Source of the DNA: an uncultured Gammaproteobacteria bacterium
GTDB lineage: Bacteria > Pseudomonadota > Gammaproteobacteria > Steroidobacterales > Rariloculaceae
Length of the DNA: 64,000 nt
Assembly: GCA_964384125.1 (NCBI GenBank)
Contig: CAYLKA010000004.1
Location: 5,576-69,575, forward strand
Direction: 5' to 3'
Every line of letters begins with the position of its first letter. The stretch's first letter is position 1. This document shows, piece by piece, positions 1-10,175 of the stretch. A program made the translations under genes and the position numbers. Under the pieces are notes generated by a model. The model did not search any database and had not been told where the DNA came from. It saw only the letters and a program-made list of their open reading frames with translations.

Positions 1-211
1 CGGAATTGTCACCTTGATTGTCGTCGAGGCAGGGCTGATCACACCGCCCGTTGGGCTCAATGTGCTCATCATTAATCACCATGCCCCGAGCGTCCCTATG
101 CGGGATACATTCAGGGGTGTTATGCCGTTTCTGTTCTCGGGAGTTGTGCGCGTGGCTCTCTTGATCTTGGTTCCCTCCATCACGCTCTTCTTGCCGCATC
201 TGTTACTTTAG
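1..211 (+). CDS. TRAP transporter large permease (DctM family), C-terminal fragment; 5' end lies outside the window
   Basis: The frame is open from base 2. The tail GIVTLIVVEAGLITPPVGLNVLII...ITLFLPHLL matches the conserved hydrophobic C-terminus (iTPPvGlnl) of DctM permeases. Stop at 209-211. Confidence 0.6.
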   Translation, partial: GIVTLIVVEAGLITPPVGLNVLIINHHAPSVPMRDTFRGVMPFLFSGVVRVALLILVPSITLFLPHLLL

Positions 212-220
212 GGCCACCGC

Positions 221-1315
221 TTAGCTCAGCAGTCGTCCTTCAAACGAGACGCTCTTGATGAGCGCGAAGATCCGTTGGCCTTCCTCGAGCTCAAGCTCCT
301 CGACCGCCTCGCGAGTCACTCTGGAACGAAGATGTTGTCCTCCGACGTCCAGCAGGATTTCGGCGAACACGGTCTCGTCGACATCGATTCGCAGTATCGT
401 GGTGGACAATACGTTGCGAATGCTGAGGTGCTGCGGGCGTTGAGTGGACAATGCCACTTCTTTGGCTTGTACGCGAAGACGCACGAGTGTCTCCGGTGGC
501 GCATCGATAGCCGGTATCCGCAAGCTTTCACCTTCAACATTCAGGGATGTCATGCCGCTTTTTGTCATGCCTACCTTCGCTTGTAGAACCGCGCCTGCCT
601 CCAAGCGTCCGGTCAGAGACCACAGTTCAACTCGCTCGAGCACCTCCGCTGTCTCGCCCATTGCGGCGATTCGCCCGTCGGCGAGAAGAACCATAGTGCG
701 TGCAAGCCGTGCGACTTCCTCTACGTTGTGGGTCACGTAGAGCACGGGGATGCGAAAGTCCGCTGCCAGCCGTTCGATGTAGGGGATGATCTCCGCTTTG
801 CGCCGCAAGTCCAGAGCGGAAAGTGGCTCATCCAACAGCAGCACCTGAGGGCTGTTCAGGAGAGCTCGCCCCATCGCTACACGCTGTCGTTCTCCGCCGG
901 AGAGGGAGTCGGGGTTGCGTGGTAGCAGTGACTGGAGCTCTAGGGACTCGATAACTTCCCCCATCTCGACCAGATGTGCGGACTTCGACTGCTCACGGGC
1001 ACGCTTGCGAGAGAAGATGAGGTTCTTTTCCACCGAGAGGTGGGAGAAGAGCCGACCGTCCTGAAACACGTACCCGATTCTACGTTCGTAAGGAGGGATA
1101 AATATGCCACGCTCGCTGTCCTGCCAGACCTCATCACCCAGTGCAAGATGGCCGACGGAGCTATCTTCGAGCCCAGCGATTATCCGCAACAACGTCGTTT
1201 TTCCTGCGCCGCTGGGCCCGAATAGCGCCGTAATTCCGTCAAGCTTAAGTGAGTCCGAGACCTGTAATGAAAAGCCCTGGAGTGACAAACTCAGATTGGT
1301 TGTGAGGGCCGTCAC
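221..1315 (-). CDS. modC: Molybdate ABC transporter ATP-binding protein ModC
   Basis: 364 aa with Walker A GPSGAGKT, ABC signature LSGGERQR and Walker B LLLDEP. It also has a C-terminal TOBE-type domain (SIRNVL...IKSVSF) typical of ModC. There is a 3-nt gap to modB. Confidence 0.9.
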   Translation of the reverse strand: MTALTTNLSLSLQGFSLQVSDSLKLDGITALFGPSGAGKTTLLRIIAGLEDSSVGHLALGDEVWQDSERGIFIPPYERRIGYVFQDGRLFSHLSVEKNLIFSRKRAREQSKSAHLVEMGEVIESLELQSLLPRNPDSLSGGERQRVAMGRALLNSPQVLLLDEPLSALDLRRKAEIIPYIERLAADFRIPVLYVTHNVEEVARLARTMVLLADGRIAAMGETAEVLERVELWSLTGRLEAGAVLQAKVGMTKSGMTSLNVEGESLRIPAIDAPPETLVRLRVQAKEVALSTQRPQHLSIRNVLSTTILRIDVDETVFAEILLDVGGQHLRSRVTREAVEELELEEGQRIFALIKSVSFEGRLLS

Positions 1316-1318
1316 GAT

Positions 1319-1996
1319 TCAAACCCTATTGAGCGGGAGGCGGCGATTGAAGGCATAGACGCTGAACAATACAGCGAACGAGAAGATGAGTAGGCCCGCC
1401 GAGAGTACGTGAGCCTGCCCATAGGAAAGGGTTTCAACGTGTTCGTAGATCGCTATCGACACGACTCGGGTAGCGCCTGGAATATTTCCGCCTACCATGA
1501 GGACCACACCGAACTCCCCGAGAGTATGGGCGAAACCCAAAACGATCGCGGTGATGTAGCCTCTGACGGCCATGGGTGAGGCGACACTAAAGAATGAGTC
1601 CAATGGCTTGGCTCCCAGCGTCGCGGCGGCTTCCAACGGCCCGCGACCTACGCTTTCAAATGCGTTTTGTAGCGGTTGCACGGTGAACGGAAAGGAGTAG
1701 ATCACCGAGGCGATAACGAGGCCTGAGAAAGAAAAGGTCAGAGCTGTATCTGTGAGTTGCACCCAGAAACGGCCAATGGCCCCTGCGGGTCCGAGGAGTA
1801 TCAATAGATAGAACCCCAGAACGGTTGGCGGCAGGATCAACGGGAGCGCAACGAGTGCTTCAATGCCAGGTTTGAACCGAGACCGAGTAAAGGCGAGCCA
1901 CCAGGCGAGCGGTGTTCCTATGATCAGCAATACTGCTACCGTCACCGTCGCAAGCTGCAGGCTCAGCCAGACCGGCCCGAATTCAAGTGATGCCAT
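1319..1996 (-). CDS. modB: Molybdate ABC transporter permease ModB
   Basis: The ORF spans 1319-2104. I prefer the ATG at 1994-1996 (MASLEFGPVWLSL...), because the 36 upstream codons are non-membrane-like. It is a multi-TM binding-protein-dependent permease with an EAAATLGA loop, directly upstream of modC. Confidence 0.85.
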   Translation of the reverse strand: MASLEFGPVWLSLQLATVTVAVLLIIGTPLAWWLAFTRSRFKPGIEALVALPLILPPTVLGFYLLILLGPAGAIGRFWVQLTDTALTFSFSGLVIASVIYSFPFTVQPLQNAFESVGRGPLEAAATLGAKPLDSFFSVASPMAVRGYITAIVLGFAHTLGEFGVVLMVGGNIPGATRVVSIAIYEHVETLSYGQAHVLSAGLLIFSFAVLFSVYAFNRRLPLNRV

Positions 1997-2097
1997 TTTT
2001 GGATCAAGCCAGGCACAGGTCGCATTGTCAACGCAGTGACCGCAACGTCCCGTTCCGCCATGGTATTCTGCGGGTACGGCGGAATGGGACCGATAGA

Positions 2098-2685
2098 GTG
2101 ACAAGAAGAATTGTCTTGGCGATTACGGGTGCGGCCGGATCCATCTATGGTGTGCGGTTGCTCGAAGAGTTAAGGAAGGACGACTCGGTGGAAACCCATC
2201 TCGTTGTATCGCGGGCGGGCTTCCTAAATGTGGCAACCGAGCTGGATATGCGTCGGACCGAACTCGAGGCGATGGCGGATGTTGTGCACTCGGATCGAGA
2301 TATTGGCGCAAAGATCGCCAGCGGGTCATTCAGGACGGATGGCATGATTGTTGCGCCATGCTCGATGAAGACTTTAGCGGCTATCGCAACCGGTTTGGCG
2401 GACAATCTCGTTTCACGGGCCGCCGATGTAGTCTTAAAGGAGCGCCGTCGTTTGGTTTTGATGGTCAGAGAGACGCCTCTGAATCTGGTGCACCTCAGGA
2501 ATATGACGACCGTGACGGAAATGGGAGGCGTTATATTCCCACCCGTTCCGTCTTTCTACGCGAAGCTCGAGAATCTAGAGGCTATGGTCAACCAGACCGT
2601 CGGCCGGGTATTGGATCTGTTCGACTTCGACTCGGAGCTCGTGAAACGATGGCAGGGCGTCACCGGTAATGGAGTAGAGCAATAG
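2098..2685 (+). CDS. ubiX: Flavin prenyltransferase UbiX
   Basis: The ORF spans 1987-2685. The homologous region starts at GTG 2098 (VTRRIVLAITGAAGSIYG...). MIVAPCSMKTLAAIA and ERRRLVLMVRETPL are typical UbiX/Pad1 motifs. Confidence 0.85.
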   Translation: MTRRIVLAITGAAGSIYGVRLLEELRKDDSVETHLVVSRAGFLNVATELDMRRTELEAMADVVHSDRDIGAKIASGSFRTDGMIVAPCSMKTLAAIATGLADNLVSRAADVVLKERRRLVLMVRETPLNLVHLRNMTTVTEMGGVIFPPVPSFYAKLENLEAMVNQTVGRVLDLFDFDSELVKRWQGVTGNGVEQ

Positions 2686-2764
2686 CGTTCTAACGTCGGC
2701 GTCAGGGTCGACAGGAGGAAGGCAGGCACTGCCGTCCAAGGTGGTCCAGAATCTCTGGCTATGT

Positions 2765-3349
2765 TTAGCTGATCTGAGTTGAGCGGCCGATAATGTTCAA
2801 GAACTCGGCGCGAGTTCGCGGGTCGGAGCGGAAATCACCAAGTAATTGACTGGTCATCATCGCCACTCCCGACTTGTGGATTCCACGGGTCGTCATGCAG
2901 TGATGCATACCCTCCACCACTACACCCACTCCCTTTGGCTTTAGGACATCGTTAATGCAATTCGCGATCTGAGCCGTCATCGTTTCCTGCACCTGTAGCC
3001 GTTTAGCAAACGTTTCCACGACCCTGGCGAGTTTGCTGATCCCGACGACCTTTCGATCTGGCAGGTAGCCAACTTGAACCTTTCCGAGTATCGGAGCTAT
3101 ATGGTGCTCGCAGTGCGATTCAAAAGTGATATCTCTTAATACGACCATCTCGTCGTAGCCGTCGACTTCGTAGAAGGTTCGTCGCAGGAATTCGACCGGA
3201 TCTTCTTTATAGCCGGCGAACCACTCCTCGTAGGCTTTTGCGACGCGAGATGGTGTCGCTATGAGCCCCTCGCGATCAGGGTTATCTCCAATCCATTTCA
3301 GGAGTGTTCGAACGGCACTTTCGGTTTCTTCTCTGGTCGGGCGGGACAC
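2765..3349 (-). CDS. folE: GTP cyclohydrolase I FolE
   Basis: 194 aa. It carries the zinc-site motifs FESHCEHH and HHCMTTRG and the overall type I FolE pattern. Confidence 0.9.
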   Translation of the reverse strand: MSRPTREETESAVRTLLKWIGDNPDREGLIATPSRVAKAYEEWFAGYKEDPVEFLRRTFYEVDGYDEMVVLRDITFESHCEHHIAPILGKVQVGYLPDRKVVGISKLARVVETFAKRLQVQETMTAQIANCINDVLKPKGVGVVVEGMHHCMTTRGIHKSGVAMMTSQLLGDFRSDPRTRAEFLNIIGRSTQIS

Positions 3350-3463
3350 GCGGGCTCCTCAAACATTGCGCTGCACGGGGTATGAGCGGGGCCTGGCAGT
3401 CTAAGGTGGGCAAACGGCTCACGCAAGGCGTCGCGGGCTTATTGAGGATGCTTTGCGGGCCGG

Positions 3464-4561
3464 ATGTCCCCGTTGTATGGTGAGCCCGTGACATCCGATA
3501 TGAGTGCCCTAGGGCTAATCCAGACATTCGAGACGTGGCGCCGGAGTGGGGAGCGGATGGTTCTTGCTACGGTCTATGAGACCGCTGGTTCGACCTATAC
3601 GAAAGCGGGGCACAGAATTCTCATCTCTGCCAACGCGGACTACCAAGGGTTAGTCAGTGGTGGATGTCTTGAGGGCGATCTGGCGGAGCGCGCACGTGCT
3701 GTCTCGGAGGCAAACGAGCCATCTCCGATAACCTACGACATGCGTGATGAAGCGGATGACCTGTGGGGTCTTGGTGTCGGTTGCAACGGGCTCATTCGTG
3801 TATTCCTGCAGCCGCTCCTGGCGGAGAAAGGGTACGAGCCCTTTCCTGAGATCGCCGAACGTCTCATGGCGTCCACCCCAGTTATCGTCGCCACCGTGAT
3901 TGAGAGCGGCAACGGCAAGATTCCGGCGGGCACGACTTTGCTTTGGGATGGCGATGGTGTTGACTCGCAGACCTTGCAAGGTCTCGTGCCGGGATGTCGC
4001 AGGGCGCATGAAACTGGTCGCGCAAATTTCGAGACCGATATGGATGGTATCTCCGTGCTCTACGCGCCCTTGCAGCCGGTGCGGCGCTTATTGGTGCTGG
4101 GTGGGGGGCTCGACGCTCTACCTGTTGTTAACATGGCGGCCGAGTTAGGTTGGCGCGTCACGATCGCGGACCATCGTCCCGCTTATCTCGAAAAAGGGGT
4201 ATTCTCTGCGGCTGAGCAAGCTTTGCTCATCGATCCCGCGAGAATGAGCTGCGAGCTTGATCCGAGCGCCTTTGATGCCATCATCGTGATGAGCCACCAT
4301 TTATTGACTGATCAGACTTATCTCGCACAGCTCGCCGACACCGAGGTGAGTTATATCGGTGTGCTTGGACCGCGCGCTCGCAGAGACCGTCTACTTGGGG
4401 CGCTTGGGTCCGCGGGTGATGCGTTGCGCGAACGGTTACGAGGCCCCGTGGGTATTGACATCGGTGCTGATGCGCCCGAGTCGATTGCACTTTCACTGCT
4501 TGCAGAAATTCACGCGACGCTCGCTGGCAGATCAGGGGAGGGTTTGACGAACAAGCCCTAA
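3464..4561 (+). CDS. XdhC/CoxI family molybdoenzyme maturation protein
   Basis: 365 aa. The N-terminal XdhC_CoxI pattern is ATVYETAGSTYTKAGHRILI...GLVSGGCLEGDL, and a C-terminal Rossmann-like part follows (LLVLGGGLDALPV). An alternative start is ATG 3500. Confidence 0.8.
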   Translation: MSPLYGEPVTSDMSALGLIQTFETWRRSGERMVLATVYETAGSTYTKAGHRILISANADYQGLVSGGCLEGDLAERARAVSEANEPSPITYDMRDEADDLWGLGVGCNGLIRVFLQPLLAEKGYEPFPEIAERLMASTPVIVATVIESGNGKIPAGTTLLWDGDGVDSQTLQGLVPGCRRAHETGRANFETDMDGISVLYAPLQPVRRLLVLGGGLDALPVVNMAAELGWRVTIADHRPAYLEKGVFSAAEQALLIDPARMSCELDPSAFDAIIVMSHHLLTDQTYLAQLADTEVSYIGVLGPRARRDRLLGALGSAGDALRERLRGPVGIDIGADAPESIALSLLAEIHATLAGRSGEGLTNKP

Positions 4562-4611
4562 TTCACGTTTGGAAGGTGATATTTAATTTAACCGCATGAA
4601 AGGGATTTCTT

Positions 4612-5325
4612 TTGACTAAATTCTATAAGTCTGCCTGTGCAGTTTTTCTGATACTGGCTGTTCCGGTTACTCATGCTCAAGATGAAGAGGGTTTTTCCGG
4701 TCGTGCTGGGTTGGGATTTCTCTCGACCGGCGGAAATTCCGAGACTCAAAGCCTCAACGGTCACTTTGATGCGTGGTTGAATTTCGATACCTGGCGCCAT
4801 GCTCTAAACGCACAAGCTATAAGATCTACAACTTCTGGTTCCACAACTGCTGATTCTCTTGGGGCCTCATGGCAAAGTAATTACGCCATAAATGAAACCG
4901 ACTATGTCTATGGTGTCGTAGATATGGATGAGGATAAGTTCAGTACTTATGATCGGCAGGTCCGTCAAGCCATCGGTTATGGCAGACGGTATCTTGATAG
5001 CGAAACGCATGTCTTGAACATTGAGCTTGGGGCTGGCTCAAGACAAGCTGATCTTAGGAATAACACAACCCGGAACGAAGGAATATTGCGTTGGAGCGGC
5101 GATTACCGATGGGTACTGAGTGACAGGTCTGAGTTTAATCAGATTCTTACAGTAGAAGGCGGCACAGAGAATATTTTTCTAGAATCTTCTTCTTCCTTTA
5201 GTACATATGTCCGTGAAAACCTTGCGCTAGTCACCTCCTTTTCACTTAAAAGCAATACAGATGTGCTCCCAGGTTCTAAAAAAACAGACACATTTACCGC
5301 GATCTCTCTGGAGTACACTTTCTAA
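4612..5325 (+). CDS. DUF481-type outer-membrane beta-barrel protein (YdiY-like)
   Basis: TTG start with signal peptide ...AVPVTHAQ. Alternating beta-strand pattern GLGFLSTGGNSETQSLNG... ending in ...SLEYTF (aromatic C-terminus typical of outer-membrane proteins). Confidence 0.7.
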   Translation: MTKFYKSACAVFLILAVPVTHAQDEEGFSGRAGLGFLSTGGNSETQSLNGHFDAWLNFDTWRHALNAQAIRSTTSGSTTADSLGASWQSNYAINETDYVYGVVDMDEDKFSTYDRQVRQAIGYGRRYLDSETHVLNIELGAGSRQADLRNNTTRNEGILRWSGDYRWVLSDRSEFNQILTVEGGTENIFLESSSSFSTYVRENLALVTSFSLKSNTDVLPGSKKTDTFTAISLEYTF

Positions 5326-5348
5326 GGCGAAGAGTATAGGGTCTCCCA

Positions 5349-6695
5349 ATGACCGCACACCCGTCATTGTTCCCTGCCATAGGCGATAAAAACGCGCCTC
5401 TTGCCCATCGCATGCGTCCCCAAAAGTTAGACGCTTTTCTTGGTCAGGAACAGCTGCTCGGAGAGGGCAAGCCACTTCGGGAAGCTATAGAACGAGGCGT
5501 AGTGGGGAGCATGGTGTTTTGGGGGCCTCCGGGCTCCGGAAAAACAACCTTGGCTCAATTGATTGCTCACTACACTGACCGGACATTCGTGTCTTTTAGC
5601 GCTGTAACCGAAGGCGTTCCTCGCGTACGAGAGATCATAAAAGAGGCTCAACAGTGTCTAGCCAGTGAAGGTCGCAGCACAATCCTTTTCTGCGATGAGA
5701 TTCATCGGTTTAATAAGGCCCAGCAGGATGCCTTTTTGCCCTGGGTTGAAGAAGGTGTCATTACGCTTATTGGCGCCACAACTGAAAACCCATCTTTCGA
5801 GTTAAATGCCGCATTACTGTCACGACTTCGAGTCTTTGTCCTTGAGCCGCTGGAGTCGGAGCAGATTACATTTATCATTCAGGGCGCGATCAGATATCTA
5901 GCAGATGACTTACCCAGAGGTAAACGCCCAATCGCGGTGACAGAAAAAGCGGTTGCGCTTCTCGCGCGCTATGCAGATGGTGATGCTCGTCGCGCACTCA
6001 ATTCGATTGAGGCAGTATGGAAGCATGCGATTACACTGGACTCTACACCAGAAAGCTTGTCAGCCGACTTCGTCGAGTCGGTGCTAGAACGAAGGCTCGC
6101 AAGGTATGACAAATCAGGTGAAGAGCATTACAACTTAATCTCAGCGTTGCATAAAGCCGTGCGAGGTAGTGATGTTGAAGGCGCGCTTTACTGGCTAGCA
6201 CGTATGATCGAGGGTGGTGAGGATCGAATGTATCTCGCCCGTCGCCTAGTCCGAATAGCATCGGAGGATGTCGGTCTAGCTGATCCTCGGGCACTTCAAG
6301 TAACACTACAAGCAAAAGACGCCTATCATTTCCTCGGTACACCAGAGGGCGAATTAGCATTAGCCGAGGCCGTGATCTATCTCGCTACGGCTCCAAAATC
6401 AAATCGTGTCTACGAGGCTTGGACCCGAGCTCAAAAGGCGGCACGAGAATACCCTGCCGAACTAGTTCCAAAGCACATTAGAAATGCGCCTACTACTCTA
6501 ATGAAAGATCTAGGTTACGGTGAAGATTATCGTTATGACCACGCCGAAGGCGGTCATGCCGTTGGCCAGGAATACCTTCCAGGTCCTCTAAGAGGTGCAG
6601 ATTGGTATGAGCCAACGAATAGCGGTTTTGAGAAGACAATAGCCGAACGATTGGCGTGGTGGTCTGACAAAAAGAAGAGTGCGAGGTTAGCTTAG
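5349..6695 (+). CDS. rarA: Replication-associated recombination protein A (RarA/MgsA)
   Basis: 448 aa with Walker [10 protein letters not shown] and [19 protein letters not shown]. The C-terminal MgsA motifs are [16 protein letters not shown] and [15 protein letters not shown]. Confidence 0.92.
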   Translation: MTAHPSLFPAIGDKNAPLAHRMRPQKLDAFLGQEQLLGEGKPLREAIERGVVGSMVFWGPPGSGKTTLAQLIAHYTDRTFVSFSAVTEGVPRVREIIKEAQQCLASEGRSTILFCDEIHRFNKAQQDAFLPWVEEGVITLIGATTENPSFELNAALLSRLRVFVLEPLESEQITFIIQGAIRYLADDLPRGKRPIAVTEKAVALLARYADGDARRALNSIEAVWKHAITLDSTPESLSADFVESVLERRLARYDKSGEEHYNLISALHKAVRGSDVEGALYWLARMIEGGEDRMYLARRLVRIASEDVGLADPRALQVTLQAKDAYHFLGTPEGELALAEAVIYLATAPKSNRVYEAWTRAQKAAREYPAELVPKHIRNAPTTLMKDLGYGEDYRYDHAEGGHAVGQEYLPGPLRGADWYEPTNSGFEKTIAERLAWWSDKKKSARLA

Positions 6696-6702
6696 CCACG
6701 GC

Positions 6703-7464
6703 ATGTTTGGACATCACTACAAAATGAGAAGCTCAATTGCCGCACTGTTGTTATCGAGTCTGCTGAGCTTAAGTGCAGCTATGGCTCAAGATGGAGAGGG
6801 TTCTGAGGCTACGGCTCCTGGATATTATGCGCTGACTTTGCCGGATGCCGGGCGTCGCTACACGTTGGTCATTCCTGATGGGTATACGGGTCAGGAAGCC
6901 GCACCGCTGATTATATCGCTTCATTATGGAGGGGGGGTCACCCCGTTTTATGGTCGCGGCCTGCTTGAGTCACTGATTGAACCCGCTCTTCGTGACCTGG
7001 GCGCGATCCTAGTAGCCCCTGACAGTGCGGCTGGCGACTGGGCCAATTCACTCGCCCAGCAGCACGTGTTGGAGCTTATGGACCATGTTGAGGCGCGGTA
7101 CAACATCGATTCTGAGAGGACGCTGTTAACTGGCTACAGCATGGGTGGGAGGGGCGCCTGGTACCTAGCGGCCCGTCACCCGGATCGATTCAAGGCGGCG
7201 CTACCGATTGCTGGCCAGCCCCAGCCCGATTCGGCGACCGTAGATTGGGCTATTCCACTGTACGTTATTCACAGCGCGGCTGATCAGGTGCTCCCGCTGG
7301 AACCCAACCTCGCGATCGTAGAGCAACTAGGGGCCGAGGGCGTAGACATTGAGTTCACCGTGGTGAGTGACCTCGGTCATTATGAGATTCCGCGGTATCG
7401 GCCCTATGTGGAGGGCGCAATACCATGGATTCGTGGGGTTTGGGAGAGTGGGCGCGACGAGTGA
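6703..7464 (+). CDS. Secreted alpha/beta-hydrolase (esterase-type)
   Basis: Signal peptide (likely start ATG 6724, MRSSIAALLL...AMAQ). It has the nucleophile elbow GYSMGG and downstream D and H (HSAADQ, LGHYE). Confidence 0.75.
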   Translation: MFGHHYKMRSSIAALLLSSLLSLSAAMAQDGEGSEATAPGYYALTLPDAGRRYTLVIPDGYTGQEAAPLIISLHYGGGVTPFYGRGLLESLIEPALRDLGAILVAPDSAAGDWANSLAQQHVLELMDHVEARYNIDSERTLLTGYSMGGRGAWYLAARHPDRFKAALPIAGQPQPDSATVDWAIPLYVIHSAADQVLPLEPNLAIVEQLGAEGVDIEFTVVSDLGHYEIPRYRPYVEGAIPWIRGVWESGRDE

Positions 7465-7600
7465 CTCGTTAATCGTCAAGCTCCGCCAACGTAGCCTGGA
7501 AGACGCTCATTTGGGCCCTTAACTTATTGATTTTTATATAAGGGTGGTTCTCGGGACGCGTAAAGGGATGGAGGGAGGTAGAATCGGTCATCAATAACTA

Positions 7601-8485
7601 ATGGATCCTCCATCCTTGAAAAAAACAATCTTCTTTTTCGTGCGCCAGTTAACCTCTCGCACATCCCTGGCCGTGCTGTTATGCGCTCTGGTGGGCGGCC
7701 CGCTCGGCGCTCAGGATGTGCCACCCACAAGCGAATTTGCAGATGATCCTGAGGCAATCCGTATAGGGATGGGTGTTTATCGTCTGCGGTGCGCGGATTG
7801 TCACGGGACGGATGCTCGAGGAGTTCGCGCACCGGGTCTTACCCAGCTTTGGGCTTCTGGGCGAACTGATGAGGGGATTTTCAGGACGATAACTCAGGGC
7901 GTTCCTGGCACGATCATGCGGCCTATCGATCGCATCCGGACGCGTGATTCAGAGATTTGGCAGGTGATCGCCTATCTGCGCTCGATATCTACCCCGACAA
8001 CCACTCACCCCATGGGTGATGCTGGGCGTGGTGAGCAGATTTTTCAAGCGTCTTGCTCCGTCTGTCACCAGGTCAACTCGGCTGGTGGTCGATTAGGACC
8101 AGATTTGTCTCGTATAGGAGCGGCTAGGTCCGTAGACGCACTTGTCGATCGAATACGCGGTGAGCGTGAAATGCGGATTATGGCAACCCGAGCAACGGTC
8201 GGGGGCGCTATGGTTATAGACAAAAATTTTGCACAAACTTCCTTAACGGCAGTGTCAGGAGAAAGCATGCAAGGCGTCAAGAATAACGAAGACTTGTTCT
8301 CCATCCAGGTCATGGACATGGCTGGACGGATTCAGGGGTTCGATAAGGAGGCTTTGCAGATGCTGGAGGTTTCAACCGAATCTTTAATGCCCGCGTTCGG
8401 ACCAGAGACACTTAGTGACGCTGCTCTTGAAGACTTGGTTAGCTATCTTGTGACGCTGCGCGGGCATGACGCTGCGGTGCAATGA
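7601..8485 (+). CDS. Periplasmic c-type cytochrome with two CXXCH sites
   Basis: 294 aa with an N-terminal hydrophobic signal region. The haem-binding motifs are CADCH and CSVCH. It lies directly upstream of the PQQ dehydrogenase gene. Confidence 0.8.
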   Translation: MDPPSLKKTIFFFVRQLTSRTSLAVLLCALVGGPLGAQDVPPTSEFADDPEAIRIGMGVYRLRCADCHGTDARGVRAPGLTQLWASGRTDEGIFRTITQGVPGTIMRPIDRIRTRDSEIWQVIAYLRSISTPTTTHPMGDAGRGEQIFQASCSVCHQVNSAGGRLGPDLSRIGAARSVDALVDRIRGEREMRIMATRATVGGAMVIDKNFAQTSLTAVSGESMQGVKNNEDLFSIQVMDMAGRIQGFDKEALQMLEVSTESLMPAFGPETLSDAALEDLVSYLVTLRGHDAAVQ

Positions 8486-8495
8486 GGAGACACTG

Positions 8496-10136
8496 ATGCG
8501 CTTATTGAAACGCTCTATTTATTTGTCGTTCTTATTGGCAGTTATAGCGGTGCCATCCGTTGCACAGCATTCACCTGATGGTCGACTAGTGACACCGGAT
8601 GAGATTCGAGAGGGACTTACTCCTGATGGTTCCCGTTGGGTAACTTTTGGGGGCGATTACAATAATCACAGACACAGCCCGCTCACACAGATTACTCCGG
8701 AAAATGTTCACGAACTTGTGCCGCAGTGGACATTTCAGACAAACGTTCTTGAGAAGTTTGAAACAACGACGTTATATCGGGATAACGTTCTGTATGTTAC
8801 AGGCCCTCTGAACACCGCTTGGGCATTGGATGCCCGAAGCGGCAGGCCATTTTGGGAATATCGGAGGGAGTTACCGGAATTTTTAACGGCCTGTTGCGGA
8901 TTAGTTAACCGTGGTTTTGCGATGATGGGCGACAAGCTCTACATGGTTACCTTGGATGCACATCTGCTGGCTTTCGATAGCGCCACTGGACGGATTGTTT
9001 GGGATGCCACTATGGCGGACTACACCCAAGGTTATGCGGCAACAATTGCTCCGCTGGCCGTTAATGACAAAATCATTGTCGGTGTGGCAGGCGGAGAGTA
9101 TGGCATCCGAGGATATATCGACGCCTATGATGCAGAGACGGGAGAGCTTGCATGGCGTTTTTACACAATTCCTGGTCCTGGCGAACCGGGAAATGAGACG
9201 TGGGCCGGGGAGTCTTGGAGAACGGGTGGCGCGAGTGTTTGGGTGACTGGTGCGTATGATCCAGAGCTCAACCTGCTTTATTACGGCATAGGAAATCCGG
9301 GTCCGGACTATCATAGCGAGAGCCGGCTAGGTGACAATCTTTATAGCGACTCAGTAGTCGCGCTTGATGCTGATACAGGCGAACTGCGCTGGCACTATCA
9401 GTTTACTCCGCATGATCTTCATGATTGGGATGCTACAGAGGTGCCAATTCTTGCTGATATAGAGATTGATGCAGAGTTGCGTCAGGTTCTAATGTTTGCC
9501 AACCGTAATGGGTTTTATTACACGCTAGATAGGGCAACTGGAGAACTGCTTGTAGCAGAACCTTTTGTTAGAACAACATGGGCTACAGAGATAGGGTTAG
9601 ATGGTCGTCCAGTTCTTCTTCCAGGTCACGTACCAAATGAAGAAGGCGAAATTACTTGTCCGGATCTTAGGGGCGGGACTAATTTCTGGCCACCTAGCTT
9701 TGATCCGCAGACGGGAATGTTTTTCGTGAATGCTCGTGAAGGGTGCATGACTTATTTCTCTTGGGTGCAGGAATACATTCCCGGACAGCGTTTCACAGGG
9801 GGGTCCGGTCAGTACATCACAGATGATCCTGACATGCCTCACTACGGAGCGCTTCGCGCCTTAGATCCAACTAACGGTGAGCGTCTTTGGGAGTTTCGCT
9901 ATCCAACGCCTTCAGGCGCTGGTCTTCTCACAACCGCAACCGGGGTTATTTTTAGTGGCGATAATGATGGTAATTTGTTGGCCCTGAATTCTAATACCGG
10001 TGAACTGTTATGGAATTATCAGATGGGCGCGACGATGTGGGGCACTTCTCCTATAACGTACATGCTAGACGATCGCCAATATGTACTCGTACCTGCCGGT
10101 ACTACTCTGACGGCGTGGGCATTATGGGAAGAGTAG
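8496..10136 (+). CDS. PQQ-dependent dehydrogenase (quinoprotein alcohol/methanol dehydrogenase family), periplasmic
   Basis: The ORF spans 8466-10136. I prefer ATG 8496, which follows an AGGAGA Shine-Dalgarno and gives signal peptide MRLLKRSIYLSFLLAVIAVPSVAQ. It has the vicinal Cys-Cys (TACCGLVNRG, 8892-8897), VAGGEYGIRGY, TPHDLHDWDATE and repeated W-containing propeller motifs. Confidence 0.88.
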   Translation: MRLLKRSIYLSFLLAVIAVPSVAQHSPDGRLVTPDEIREGLTPDGSRWVTFGGDYNNHRHSPLTQITPENVHELVPQWTFQTNVLEKFETTTLYRDNVLYVTGPLNTAWALDARSGRPFWEYRRELPEFLTACCGLVNRGFAMMGDKLYMVTLDAHLLAFDSATGRIVWDATMADYTQGYAATIAPLAVNDKIIVGVAGGEYGIRGYIDAYDAETGELAWRFYTIPGPGEPGNETWAGESWRTGGASVWVTGAYDPELNLLYYGIGNPGPDYHSESRLGDNLYSDSVVALDADTGELRWHYQFTPHDLHDWDATEVPILADIEIDAELRQVLMFANRNGFYYTLDRATGELLVAEPFVRTTWATEIGLDGRPVLLPGHVPNEEGEITCPDLRGGTNFWPPSFDPQTGMFFVNAREGCMTYFSWVQEYIPGQRFTGGSGQYITDDPDMPHYGALRALDPTNGERLWEFRYPTPSGAGLLTTATGVIFSGDNDGNLLALNSNTGELLWNYQMGATMWGTSPITYMLDDRQYVLVPAGTTLTAWALWEE

Positions 10137-10175
10137 ACCTGTAAACTGGAAGGAAGCAGTAACGGAGAAGCCCTC

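Noticed and set aside
7520-7533. The 14-mer TAACTTATTGATTT upstream of the cytochrome c gene recurs exactly at 12889-12902 in the moeA/MATE intergenic region. It could be a shared operator.
   Set aside because: With roughly 4e9 position pairs (both strands) and 4^14 possible 14-mers, on the order of ten exact 14-mer matches are expected by chance in 64 kb. The motif has no dyad symmetry and no third copy.
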